DNA of 64,000 bases from Trueperaceae bacterium. GTDB taxonomy: Bacteria > Deinococcota > Deinococci > Deinococcales > Trueperaceae. A model generated the notes under the pieces. The model did no database searches. It saw only the letters and a program-made list of their open reading frames with translations, and was not told the origin of the DNA. Below, piece after piece: positions 10,539 through 19,323 of the stretch; within the stretch, counting starts at the first letter, position 1; the number at the start of each line of letters is the position of its first letter. A program made the position numbers and the translations under genes. Where the stretch lies: the NCBI GenBank assembly GCA_965213925.1, contig OZ243927.1:1248001-1312000 (forward strand), in the 5' to 3' direction.

Positions 10539-10716
10539 CTTTTTGGTTCTTTGCTATTTGAATTGCTCCATACAGCTCCTTAGATTCGTTAGTATTAACC
10601 TGCTCTAAAGGCGTGTAGAGTTGCACCTCGAGGGTCTCGAGGTCGCCGCGACTAGGCTTAACCTTTCTGAACGCTTTATTGAGCGCGTGCTGAGGTGTGT
10701 GCAAGTTCGGGCGCAT
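10525..10716 (-). pseudogene. N-terminal remnant of a type IIG RM enzyme
   Basis: PQHALNKAFRKVKPSRGDLE..NTNESKE resembles the ALNKAFxKVKP N-terminus of large Eco57I-like proteins (recalled, not searched). Confidence 0.6.
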
Positions 10717-10965
10717 GATGGTCATCCCCATCTTAGAATGGGACACCATAACGTCTAAGAAGATGAAGGCGTCGTGAAGGATGTCACTGTATACGGGTAA
10801 GACGTGGACGCTTGATGAAGAGCATCAAGTAGCGTCCTCTAGCCATTTCAGAGGCGCGAAGCGGTACGCTTAGGCAAGGTGCGCCCTCGAGCGCGTGTAA
10901 GGTCATGACAGCGTGAAGATAGAAGACCATGTCAAGAAAACTATGCTAATGGTTGGAGAGATACC

Positions 10966-11238
10966 GTGGACGATAGAAACGCCTTAGCAGACCCTCCGAA
11001 AAGGGTAGACGCTTACGATGATATCTATGAAACAGCTCAGCCGAGCGTCAGCGGTGAAGACCAGCGGAGACCGCGTGCCGACAATCCTGAACCCCGCTCC
11101 CCGGCACCCCACTCTGAAGACATCCGCAAAATCCAAGTGGACGACGAGGACCGCCTAGCCTTCCGCGTCGGCGTCAACGCCTTGACGCTTATCCTCTTAG
11201 GCTTCGGCATCTGGCTTCTCATCACCTACGTTTTTTAG
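10966..11238 (+). CDS. Small protein with a C-terminal transmembrane helix
   Basis: GGAGAG RBS, acidic N-terminus, hydrophobic C-terminus. Confidence 0.6.
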   Translation: MDDRNALADPPKRVDAYDDIYETAQPSVSGEDQRRPRADNPEPRSPAPHSEDIRKIQVDDEDRLAFRVGVNALTLILLGFGIWLLITYVF

Positions 11239-11250
11239 GGTCTCAACATT

Positions 11251-12852
11251 ATGCTGCCTTTTAACCTCACTACCTTCGCCGCCATCCTTATCGCCATCGT
11301 CCTTTTAGGACTCCTCCCCAACCTTATCCGCCGTTACGCCGTCGCTGACAGTTCCTCTCACTTGGGCTCGCTCGTGCAGCTTCTTTTGGGTTTGGGCGCG
11401 TTGGCGCTGACCACTTACGTCGTGCTCTACTTCCTGAGTCTCATCGGCGGCTTCTACGAGTCTTTAACCTGTAAAGTCGTGACGATTCCCTCGTGCGAGG
11501 ACCCGTTAGGGCTTCCCGCGTGGCTCAGGCTGCCCGCGCAGAGCGTCGGCGGGGTGATGGGCGTCTTACCCCTGATTGCGGTCTTTCTCGCTAAAGTTTT
11601 GCAGCCGACCCCGCCACCCCTACCTGACTTTTCGGACAAACCTCTTTGGGAAGGGCTCACGCGCCGCAGCTTGGCGTGGCTGGGTAACAACATGGGGCTC
11701 ATTTTTATCTTGGGGCTCGAGCTGTGGCTTGCCTGGTTGCGCGGCGCGGCGGAGGCGTCGGACAGGCAGCTCCGGTTGCAGCTTGGCTTAGATAGCGAAT
11801 TGCCCCAAGCCTATCTCTCAGTCGCGCAGTGGGGCGCGGTGGTGCTCGCGCTGGGTCTAAGCGCCGTCGTCATCTACTTGGGCATCGTCGGGCGGCACAG
11901 CCGCCTTCTCTTGGTGCGTGCGCTCGGTGACTTGCGCTACGGCGCAGGGCTCATGGACATTCTGAGCGCCCTCTTTCGTGCGCTCGCCACAGCGGTCGTT
12001 GCGCTCTGGACGATAGCGGCGATTACGCTCGGGCGGCTTCTCTTAAAGACGCAGAGCGCTGTATTCCGTGTCTGGGCGATGCTGATGATTGCCTTTGGGC
12101 GACTTCTCTTAAAGACGCAGAGCATCCTCTATAGCGCGTGGGCGTTTTTAGCGACGACGGTAGGCTGGACGCTCGTGTGGCTAGGCCGCATCGGAAGGCG
12201 CGGCGGAGGACGCGGGCGCACGGTTGAGGTTCTTGCGTTCATGCTCATCCTGAGCGGTTGGGGCGTTTCCTACGCCGCAACATATGTTGTTTTAATCGAC
12301 GCGACGGGCTCCGAAGCCGAGCGCATTCAGGAGACGAACCAAACGGTTCTTTCCTGGGCGGACCCGTCGCCGCAACGCGCCCTCCTAGGGAGGGGCGACA
12401 GGCTCATCGTCATCCCGATTCGTGCGCCGGGGAACCTCGACCCCACGTACAGTGCTCTTTTCAATGCGACCTATCCGAGCAGTCAGTTGGAGCGCTACGA
12501 CTTCTTCATCACTCTGCGTGACGCGCTGCCAACCGAGGTAGATACGGACTTCGGCACAGGCTTGAGCGAAGCATTGCGAGCCGCCGCGTTTTATCTGCGC
12601 GAAGCTGAAGGGGAAAAGGTGCTCGTGGTGTTTGGCAACGGCGAAGACCATTCGCCAGCGGCGCTCCAACCCGCTGAGCTTCCTTTAGAAAATACGACGG
12701 TGGTGCACCTCAATTTGGGGTTAGAAGAGCGCGACAGGTGGCAAAATGTGTATCAGCAAGCGGGCGCGGCGGATACGCTTCTCTATGACCTTGCGGCGAC
12801 TCGCTCGCTTAGACAGGCGGAGTTGCAAGAGGATTTGGAGTCATCTAACTGA
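11251..12852 (+). CDS. Multi-pass membrane protein with a C-terminal vWA-like domain
   Basis: Many TM segments, then VVLIDATGS (MIDAS-like), GTGLSEAL and LVVFGNGEDH. Confidence 0.6.
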   Translation: MLPFNLTTFAAILIAIVLLGLLPNLIRRYAVADSSSHLGSLVQLLLGLGALALTTYVVLYFLSLIGGFYESLTCKVVTIPSCEDPLGLPAWLRLPAQSVGGVMGVLPLIAVFLAKVLQPTPPPLPDFSDKPLWEGLTRRSLAWLGNNMGLIFILGLELWLAWLRGAAEASDRQLRLQLGLDSELPQAYLSVAQWGAVVLALGLSAVVIYLGIVGRHSRLLLVRALGDLRYGAGLMDILSALFRALATAVVALWTIAAITLGRLLLKTQSAVFRVWAMLMIAFGRLLLKTQSILYSAWAFLATTVGWTLVWLGRIGRRGGGRGRTVEVLAFMLILSGWGVSYAATYVVLIDATGSEAERIQETNQTVLSWADPSPQRALLGRGDRLIVIPIRAPGNLDPTYSALFNATYPSSQLERYDFFITLRDALPTEVDTDFGTGLSEALRAAAFYLREAEGEKVLVVFGNGEDHSPAALQPAELPLENTTVVHLNLGLEERDRWQNVYQQAGAADTLLYDLAATRSLRQAELQEDLESSN

Positions 12853-12862
12853 ACCTCTTGAT

Positions 12863-13150
12863 ATGCTCGATTTCTTTTTGTTGACTGACTCGAACGATTC
12901 TGTCGGACACTTGACCATACAAGATGCTAAATGGTTGATAAAAATGAACGTCGCCGAAGTTAGAGACCTCCCTTTTGATGATTTTAAGTGGTCATCAGTG
13001 CAAGTTAGACATAAATACGTTCACTGCAAAGCTCGAGCTAAAGAACTTCGCAAAGTTCCGGGATTTAGCAGCACTGCGCTTCAAGCCTATGAGCGAATTT
13101 TGCAAACTGCTGTAGATGAAGAGTGCGGTCTCAAAGCTGTCAGCGATTAG
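12863..13150 (+). CDS. Hypothetical protein
   Basis: AT-rich open frame directly after the vWA-like gene; no motif recognised. Confidence 0.35.
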   Translation: MLDFFLLTDSNDSVGHLTIQDAKWLIKMNVAEVRDLPFDDFKWSSVQVRHKYVHCKARAKELRKVPGFSSTALQAYERILQTAVDEECGLKAVSD

Positions 13151-13667
13151 AACTCGAGCTATCTCGCAACATCCGTACCGTCACCAAAAGCTGTCCCACG
13201 TGCCGCATCGTATGTTCGGCGGCGTGCGTATAGAGCCCTATGACGGTGGAGGGCAAACGCTGGCGTCCGACCTCTCTCGCCCCTAACAGCACCCCTTCAT
13301 CCACCTCTCGCAGCGCCGCCAACGCCTGCTCGACCTCTTCGCTAAATTCTCTGTAAAGGTCTTGCGCTGTAACGTTCGCAACTTTACCCTCTGCGCGCAA
13401 CGCCTCTAACTGCAGCTCACTAAGCTGCTCACCTCTCGCGTAGGTGAAAAGCCGCCCTAGCACACCTCTTAAATGCTGCAAATGAAACCCCACCGACGCG
13501 GCGCCAGCGGGCTTCTCCCAGAGTAGATCATCGGGGAAGTCTGTGGTGAGGGCAAAGACCTCTTCTCTCGCTTGCAAGAGGGCGTGCGCAACGCCTTGCA
13601 GATGCGGCGGTATGTCGGGCAGGGGTCCGCGCAGCCAGACCTCCAGGGTCTCTTCTTTATTCGGCAC
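13140..13667 (-). CDS. DinB-family protein
   Basis: EVWLRGP, SVGFHLQH, HAAEHTMRHVGQ. Confidence 0.85.
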   Translation of the reverse strand: MPNKEETLEVWLRGPLPDIPPHLQGVAHALLQAREEVFALTTDFPDDLLWEKPAGAASVGFHLQHLRGVLGRLFTYARGEQLSELQLEALRAEGKVANVTAQDLYREFSEEVEQALAALREVDEGVLLGAREVGRQRLPSTVIGLYTHAAEHTMRHVGQLLVTVRMLRDSSSSNR

Positions 13668-13703
13668 GTTTTACGCCTCGCTATCCCTTAACGCGAGGTT
13701 ACG

Positions 13704-14024
13704 TTAGGTTCCTTTAGTTGCGAACATCACGTCGTTCGCCCCGTCCATGCCGCGCACCATCAGCGGCAAGTCGGTGACGACGCTCGTACCCTCGCGACCT
13801 TGGTCGTAGACCTCACCCGAGTAGTGCACCAGGGCGTCTTCACCGCTATTCGCCTGCTCTCGCATGGCGTTTTGCAGTGGACCTATCGCCTCGTCGGGCA
13901 CGTGCAGCTTGCCGCGCACCACTTCGCCGGTGCTCTCGACTTTGAACCGCTCCAAGTCGCCGGTGCACTCGAGCCTGCGCTCCTGTCCGTTATCCGTCAA
14001 TGTAAGCGTTCCTGAAACTGACAT
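13704..14024 (-). CDS. Hypothetical protein
   Basis: Host-like codon usage; no motif recognised. Confidence 0.55.
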   Translation of the reverse strand: MSVSGTLTLTDNGQERRLECTGDLERFKVESTGEVVRGKLHVPDEAIGPLQNAMREQANSGEDALVHYSGEVYDQGREGTSVVTDLPLMVRGMDGANDVMFATKGT

Positions 14025-14197
14025 GCGTTTACTCTATAGCGCCCTGCGCTCCGCACATTAGGGCGCGGCTTACAGCGCCAGCCGCCCTGAAGTTGCTCTA
14101 GGCACGTTACGCTACGTGAGTACTTGTGATACCTTGATGTGTTAGTAAAACGTGTTGGTTCTGGTGGTGAACTCTATCTAGCGTTTGGTGGTGGGTT

Positions 14198-15604
14198 GTG
14201 GAAAGCTCGGACAGAAAAAAAGTCGGTACGCAGCAAAAGGCGTTTGACCTGAATATGGATAATAACCGCTACGGCACCTTTGCCGAAATCGGCGCGGGGC
14301 AAGAGGTCGTGCGGTGGTTTTTCCAAGCAGGCGCGGCAGCGGGCACGATTGCGAAGTCCATCTCGGCGTACGATATGACGGTCAGCGACGCCATCTACGG
14401 CGAGTCGCCGCGCTACGTATCCAGGGCGCGGCTCGAGACGATGCTCCAATACGAATACGACTTACTCACCGATAGGCTCGCCGAGAACCGCGACGCGCCC
14501 CAGTTCTTCGCCTTTGCCAACACGGTGCGGGCGAGGACGTACAGGGGTAGCGACGAGTGCCACGGCTGGATGGGCATCCGCTACCAGGCGACGCCGGGGG
14601 GCGAGCCGAGCCAAATCCTGACCCACGTGCGGATGCTCGACCGCGAGAACCAAGTGCAGCAAGAGGCGCTAGGGGTTTTGGGCGTCAACCTCATCTACGC
14701 GGCGTTCGAGCACTTCGAGAAGCCTGACAGACTCTTGCGCTGCCTCTTGGACGACCTCTCCACCGAACGCATCGAGGTGGACATGGTCAAGCTCTCGGGT
14801 CCCGCCTTTGAGGACGTCGACTCGCGCATCATCAGCCTCAAGTTGGTGCAGTTGGGGCTCAGCCAAGCGGCGATGTTCGCTACCGACGGCAGCGTACTTC
14901 ACGCCGCTGAAGTGCTCTACAAAAAGCCCATACTGGTCGAGCGGGGGCGCTTTCGCCCGGTGACGTACGTCAATTTGGATATTTTAGAGAGCGCACGTCA
15001 GCAGTTCTCGCGCCGCTTCGAAGAGGACAATATCGTCCCTATCATGGAGCTGACCCTGCAAGATTTGCGCGCCGACGGCGAGCTTGACTACCGGGACTTC
15101 TTAGACCGGGCGGACGTTTTAGAAGCCACCGACACCATCGTGCTCGTCTCGAATTACTTCGAGTATTACCGCCTAGCCGCCTATTTGCGGCGCTACTCAA
15201 ACCAGCCTATCGCGCTGGCGATGGGCATTCCGAGCATCGGCGACCTCTTCGACGAGGATATTTATGACGACCTAGATGGCGGCGTACTAGAGGCGTTCGG
15301 GCGGCTTTTCAAAGGCGACCTCAAGCTCTACATCTATCCGACTAGAAATGGGGAGACGGGCGAGCTTGTGACCACCGACACATATGAGGTTCCCGCTCAT
15401 CTGCAGTACCTCTATAAGCATCTGCGCCACAATGACTACCTCGAGCAGATCGACTGCTACAACGAAGAGTACCTGCATATCTTCTCGCATGAGGTCCTCG
15501 CTAAAATTCGCTCTCAGGATGCCTCTTGGGAAGAGATGGTGCCATCCGAGGTGGGACAGCTCATCAAGGAGCGCGAACTCTTCGGGTACCAGAGCGGACG
15601 TTAG
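14198..15604 (+). CDS. Conserved cytoplasmic protein, nucleotidyltransferase-like (family often mislabelled TonB-dependent receptor)
   Basis: YGTFAEIGAGQEV, GTIAKSISAYDM..SDAIYG, ERGRFRPVT, WEEMVP; no signal peptide or beta-barrel pattern. Confidence 0.65.
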   Translation: MESSDRKKVGTQQKAFDLNMDNNRYGTFAEIGAGQEVVRWFFQAGAAAGTIAKSISAYDMTVSDAIYGESPRYVSRARLETMLQYEYDLLTDRLAENRDAPQFFAFANTVRARTYRGSDECHGWMGIRYQATPGGEPSQILTHVRMLDRENQVQQEALGVLGVNLIYAAFEHFEKPDRLLRCLLDDLSTERIEVDMVKLSGPAFEDVDSRIISLKLVQLGLSQAAMFATDGSVLHAAEVLYKKPILVERGRFRPVTYVNLDILESARQQFSRRFEEDNIVPIMELTLQDLRADGELDYRDFLDRADVLEATDTIVLVSNYFEYYRLAAYLRRYSNQPIALAMGIPSIGDLFDEDIYDDLDGGVLEAFGRLFKGDLKLYIYPTRNGETGELVTTDTYEVPAHLQYLYKHLRHNDYLEQIDCYNEEYLHIFSHEVLAKIRSQDASWEEMVPSEVGQLIKERELFGYQSGR

Positions 15605-15806
15605 CGGTTTCGCAATAGGTCTGCGGCGCGAGGTGACGATCGGCTCGACATTCGGAGGTGAGCCACTGCTGACGCCATCTCCAAATATCGCTTTGACGGT
15701 AGAAAATACGGCGATATTCGTACGATTTTGCATTCGTGGGCATGAAAATACACGTTTGTGTGAGCAATTCGGCGCGGTCGCGGTCGGTTCTCCTTAGCAT
15801 GGAGGT

Positions 15807-16013
15807 ATGACGCAGCTCGAGGGGTTCACCTCACTCAAATACTACGCTCAGCACGTGTCCTGCCTGAACGGTTCGCAACGTGCCGAGGGCAAACGGCAAC
15901 TCAAAGGGTGGATGCTCCTCTTCATCCGCAAGCACGGTCTTTTAGAGGTCGACGAAACCTGGCGCTCGCTCGCGCACGCGCTCTTCGACGTTTACCCGAA
16001 ACAACTCAATTAA
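15807..16013 (+). CDS. Small hypothetical protein
   Basis: GGAGG RBS before ATG. Confidence 0.5.
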   Translation: MTQLEGFTSLKYYAQHVSCLNGSQRAEGKRQLKGWMLLFIRKHGLLEVDETWRSLAHALFDVYPKQLN

Positions 16014-16074
16014 TGACCGCGCTCGCTGTTCTGTTCTGATCTTCACGTTGTCACCAACCCCGGTTTTTCCAGCC

Positions 16075-16163
16075 GCTTTGCCTCTCCTCGTAAAAGCGCT
16101 GCACAAAAGTGTGCTGCCCGTACGCTGTGAAAACCAAATGGTGTAGGAACGCTTCGGTCTCAC
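16075..16163 (-). pseudogene. N-terminal fragment of an Stf0-like sulfotransferase
   Basis: RSYTIWFSQRTGSTLLC resembles a PAPS-binding loop; similarity ends after about 25 codons. Confidence 0.5.
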
Positions 16164-16164
16164 G

Positions 16165-17691
16165 CTACGACTGAATCAGCGACTCTCCTGTCATCTCTTC
16201 GGGCTTATCTAGCTCCATCAACCTCAAAACTGTCGGTGCGATGTCGCCCAGCACGCCGCCCGAACGTAGCGTGACCTCTTGCTCGCTGCCAATGAGCACG
16301 CACGGTACCGGGTTCGTCGTGTGCGCGGTGTGCGGACTGCCGTCTTCGGTCAGCATCTTCTCGGCGTTGCCGTGGTCAGCGATGACGATGACCGCGCCGC
16401 CCTTCTCGGTGAAGGCGTCGACGATTTTGCCTAGACCCTTGTCTGAGGCTTCGCACGCCCTAATCGCCGCCTCGATATCGCCCGTGTGTCCGACCATGTC
16501 GGGGTTAGCGAAGTTGATGAGGATGAAGTCGTCAGCGAACTCCTGGATGCGCTTGACCGTCGCTTCGGTCAACTCGGGGGCACTCATCTCGGGTTGGAGG
16601 TCGTAGGTCGCGACGTCCGGGGAGTCGATGATGTCTCGCGTCTCGCCCTCGAAGGGCGTTTCGACGCGAGCGTCAAAGAAATAGGTCACGTGCGGGTACT
16701 TCTCCGTTTCAGCCGTGTGGTACTGCGTCTTGCCCGCGTTGCTCAAGACCTCGGCTAAAGGAAGGGTGATTTCGGGCAGCGCCAACGCAAAAGGTACGCC
16801 CAGCTCCTGGTCGTATTCCATCATCGAAGTGTAGTGAATCTCTACCACCTTGCAGCGTTCGAACTTGTCCCAATCCTCGTCGCCCAAGAGCGCGTACGTC
16901 ATCTGCCTAGCTCTGTCAGCGCGGAAGTTAAAAAAGATCACCGCGTCGCCGTCACTGAGGCGCGGGGCGGGCTCGCCGCCACTCGTGATAACGGTCGGCT
17001 TGATGAACTCGTCCGTTTCATCGCGGTCGTAGGCACTCTGGACCGCCTCTTTCGCACCTTCCGCCGTAAATTCCGCCTCGCCGCACACAATAGCGTCGTA
17101 CGCTTTCTTCACCCTCTCCCAACGGTTATCGCGGTCCATCGCGAAGTAGCGCCCCGAGACGGTGGCAATCTCAACGTCGTGGTCCAAGTCGTCAATCTTT
17201 CCTTGCAACTCCTCCACGAAGCCGAGCGCCGAGTCCGGCGCGGTGTCGCGTCCGTCGGTAAACACGTGGACGTAAACGGGCGCGGCCCCCTTGCGCTTGG
17301 CGAGTTCTAAAAGCCCGTAGAGGTGCCCCATGTCGCTATGCACACCGCCGTCGCTGACTAAGCCCATGAGGTGGAGCGCGTTGCCCGCGCCGTACGCCTC
17401 GTTCAAAACCTCGTTCCCGAACAACTCGCCGTTGTCGATGAGCTTCTGGATATAGGTGAGACTCTGCATCACCACGCGCCCCGCGCCTAGGTTCATATGC
17501 CCGACTTCGCTGTTGCCCATCTGTCCGTCCGGTAAACCTACGGCTTCGCCCGAGGCGGCAAGTTCGGCGTGCGGGCATTCGTTCCAGTAGCGGTCGAAGT
17601 TGGGCGTGTTCGCACGGGCGACGGCGTTGCCTTCGCCTTCCGGGGCGAGACCGAAGCCGTCCAGGATAACGAGCATGACAGGTTGGCTCAT
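16165..17691 (-). CDS. gpmI: 2,3-bisphosphoglycerate-independent phosphoglycerate mutase
   Basis: LVILDGFG, GQMGNSEVGH, SDGGVHS, GRYFAMDRD, AETEKYPHVT, NPDMVGHTG, ADHGNAE. Confidence 0.97.
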   Translation of the reverse strand: MSQPVMLVILDGFGLAPEGEGNAVARANTPNFDRYWNECPHAELAASGEAVGLPDGQMGNSEVGHMNLGAGRVVMQSLTYIQKLIDNGELFGNEVLNEAYGAGNALHLMGLVSDGGVHSDMGHLYGLLELAKRKGAAPVYVHVFTDGRDTAPDSALGFVEELQGKIDDLDHDVEIATVSGRYFAMDRDNRWERVKKAYDAIVCGEAEFTAEGAKEAVQSAYDRDETDEFIKPTVITSGGEPAPRLSDGDAVIFFNFRADRARQMTYALLGDEDWDKFERCKVVEIHYTSMMEYDQELGVPFALALPEITLPLAEVLSNAGKTQYHTAETEKYPHVTYFFDARVETPFEGETRDIIDSPDVATYDLQPEMSAPELTEATVKRIQEFADDFILINFANPDMVGHTGDIEAAIRACEASDKGLGKIVDAFTEKGGAVIVIADHGNAEKMLTEDGSPHTAHTTNPVPCVLIGSEQEVTLRSGGVLGDIAPTVLRLMELDKPEEMTGESLIQS

Positions 17692-17888
17692 AAGGGTGTT
17701 CCAAGTCTAGTCTGGTTAAGAGGTCGGTTCATTATGCCAGCACTCTAACCCTAAGCGTCCCTAAAGAAAAGGTCGCGCTGTTTGCAAAGTGAGCCCTCAC
17801 GCGCTACTTAAAGTGAAATTTCACCGCTACATGCTCCTGAGGGCTTGTTTAGATAGGGTTATGTGGTTGACCTCATGGAGAGAGGAGA

Positions 17889-18527
17889 ATGATGAAAAAG
17901 GTAGTGATGTTTGTGGCGGCTTTAGGCGTCGCGGCGGTTTTAAGTGCTTGCGGGTCGTCGAGTGTAAGCGGCGAGGCAGCCGGGACGATCTCGGGGCAGG
18001 TGGCGGATTACAGTGGACCGGCGGGGGTGCTCGAGGCGACCTCGATTCTCGGTGGCAAGGCTTTAGGTACAGGTTCTATTGATACCGATGGAACCTTCTC
18101 GCTCGAGCTGGATAAAAACCCTTCTAACCTAGCAGGTGGCGCGGTTGTTCCTACAGCTAGCGCCTGCCCTAATGTGAACGTCTCAGACGCTCAGGTCAAA
18201 GGAACAGGCGTAACGGAAGTTAATATTATCGCTGCTGGAGAAGTTGTGGGTCAGCTTTATCAAAGCAGTATTTTTGATGAAGACGCCGGGGACTCTTTCT
18301 CCGTGGTGACACGGCTTTATGTGGATAGAGACGTGCTGGTAAAAGGAAATTGTACGTTTAGAAGTGAGGGAACTGAATTCAGGGCGACTTACGATGCTGA
18401 TTATCGGCAAGGGTGGAATGTCGCGCTGGCTGAGACGACAACGGACATTGACACGAGTACATATACCGCGCGTTACACCAATGGTTCCCCGGCTGACGTT
18501 GCTTGGTACTACATCTCTTTGGAATAG
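17889..18527 (+). CDS. Hypothetical lipoprotein
   Basis: MKK.. signal with lipobox LSAC; GAGGAG RBS. Confidence 0.8.
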   Translation: MMKKVVMFVAALGVAAVLSACGSSSVSGEAAGTISGQVADYSGPAGVLEATSILGGKALGTGSIDTDGTFSLELDKNPSNLAGGAVVPTASACPNVNVSDAQVKGTGVTEVNIIAAGEVVGQLYQSSIFDEDAGDSFSVVTRLYVDRDVLVKGNCTFRSEGTEFRATYDADYRQGWNVALAETTTDIDTSTYTARYTNGSPADVAWYYISLE

Positions 18528-18593
18528 AGAAATATCCGCCGCTTTAAGCCTCGCTACGCGGGGTTTTTCTTTTGATATGTCACAATAAGAGTT

Positions 18594-18971
18594 GTGAAAG
18601 AGATTCCGACAGGCCTCTTGGAAAAGAGCACGAAGCGGCTCGTTGACGAATTCGACCCGGAGGCTATTTACCTCTTCGGTTCGCATGCTTGGGGCGTACC
18701 CACCGAGGACAGCGATGTCGACTTAGCTGTTATTGTCGCTTGGGAGGACGCGCCGACACATAGAGATTTCGTGCGGGCGCGTGAGTGTTTGAATGATGTG
18801 CATATAGCTAAAGATGTTTTGATTAAAAGGCAAGCTCGCCTCGAAAGGTATCGCCACGTACCCGCGTCGCTAGAGCATAAGATTACTGAGAAGGGCAAGC
18901 TCCTCTATGAACGAGCAAGAGATTCTAAAGGCGAAAAACGAACTCGTCCAAGAATGGTTAGTCAAAGCTGA
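18594..18971 (+). CDS. Minimal nucleotidyltransferase (MNT)
   Basis: IYLFGSHAWG..EDSDVDL and EKGKLLYE. Confidence 0.88.
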   Translation: MKEIPTGLLEKSTKRLVDEFDPEAIYLFGSHAWGVPTEDSDVDLAVIVAWEDAPTHRDFVRARECLNDVHIAKDVLIKRQARLERYRHVPASLEHKITEKGKLLYERARDSKGEKRTRPRMVSQS

Positions 18972-19323
18972 GCGTGATCTCGCTTCGATGCGCGTTCTAA
19001 GTCGAGAAGGATTCTTCGATACGGCGCTCTATCACGCTCAGCAGGCGGCTGAAAAGGCTATCAAGGGACTTTTACTTTTTTATGGACAAGCATTTGAAAA
19101 GACGCATGACATAGAAAAGCTCGTTCGTTTGGGTGTACCTTTTGTTGCAAAGCTTGAACTTCAGCTTCCTGAAGCCAAGCTGCTCACCCCTTACGCGGTT
19201 AGATTTCGTTATCCTGATAATCTTTTAGACCCTGACGAAGAGGAATTTGGCAGAGCTGCGCAAGCCGCTACCAAGTTTTACGGCTTTGTCCTTTCTCAAC
19301 TGCCGAGAGAGGTTCATCCGTGA
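18907..19323 (+). CDS. HEPN-domain protein
   Basis: WLVKAERDL, HAQQAAEKAIK, KTHD, RYP; paired with MNT. Confidence 0.88.
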   Translation: MNEQEILKAKNELVQEWLVKAERDLASMRVLSREGFFDTALYHAQQAAEKAIKGLLLFYGQAFEKTHDIEKLVRLGVPFVAKLELQLPEAKLLTPYAVRFRYPDNLLDPDEEEFGRAAQAATKFYGFVLSQLPREVHP

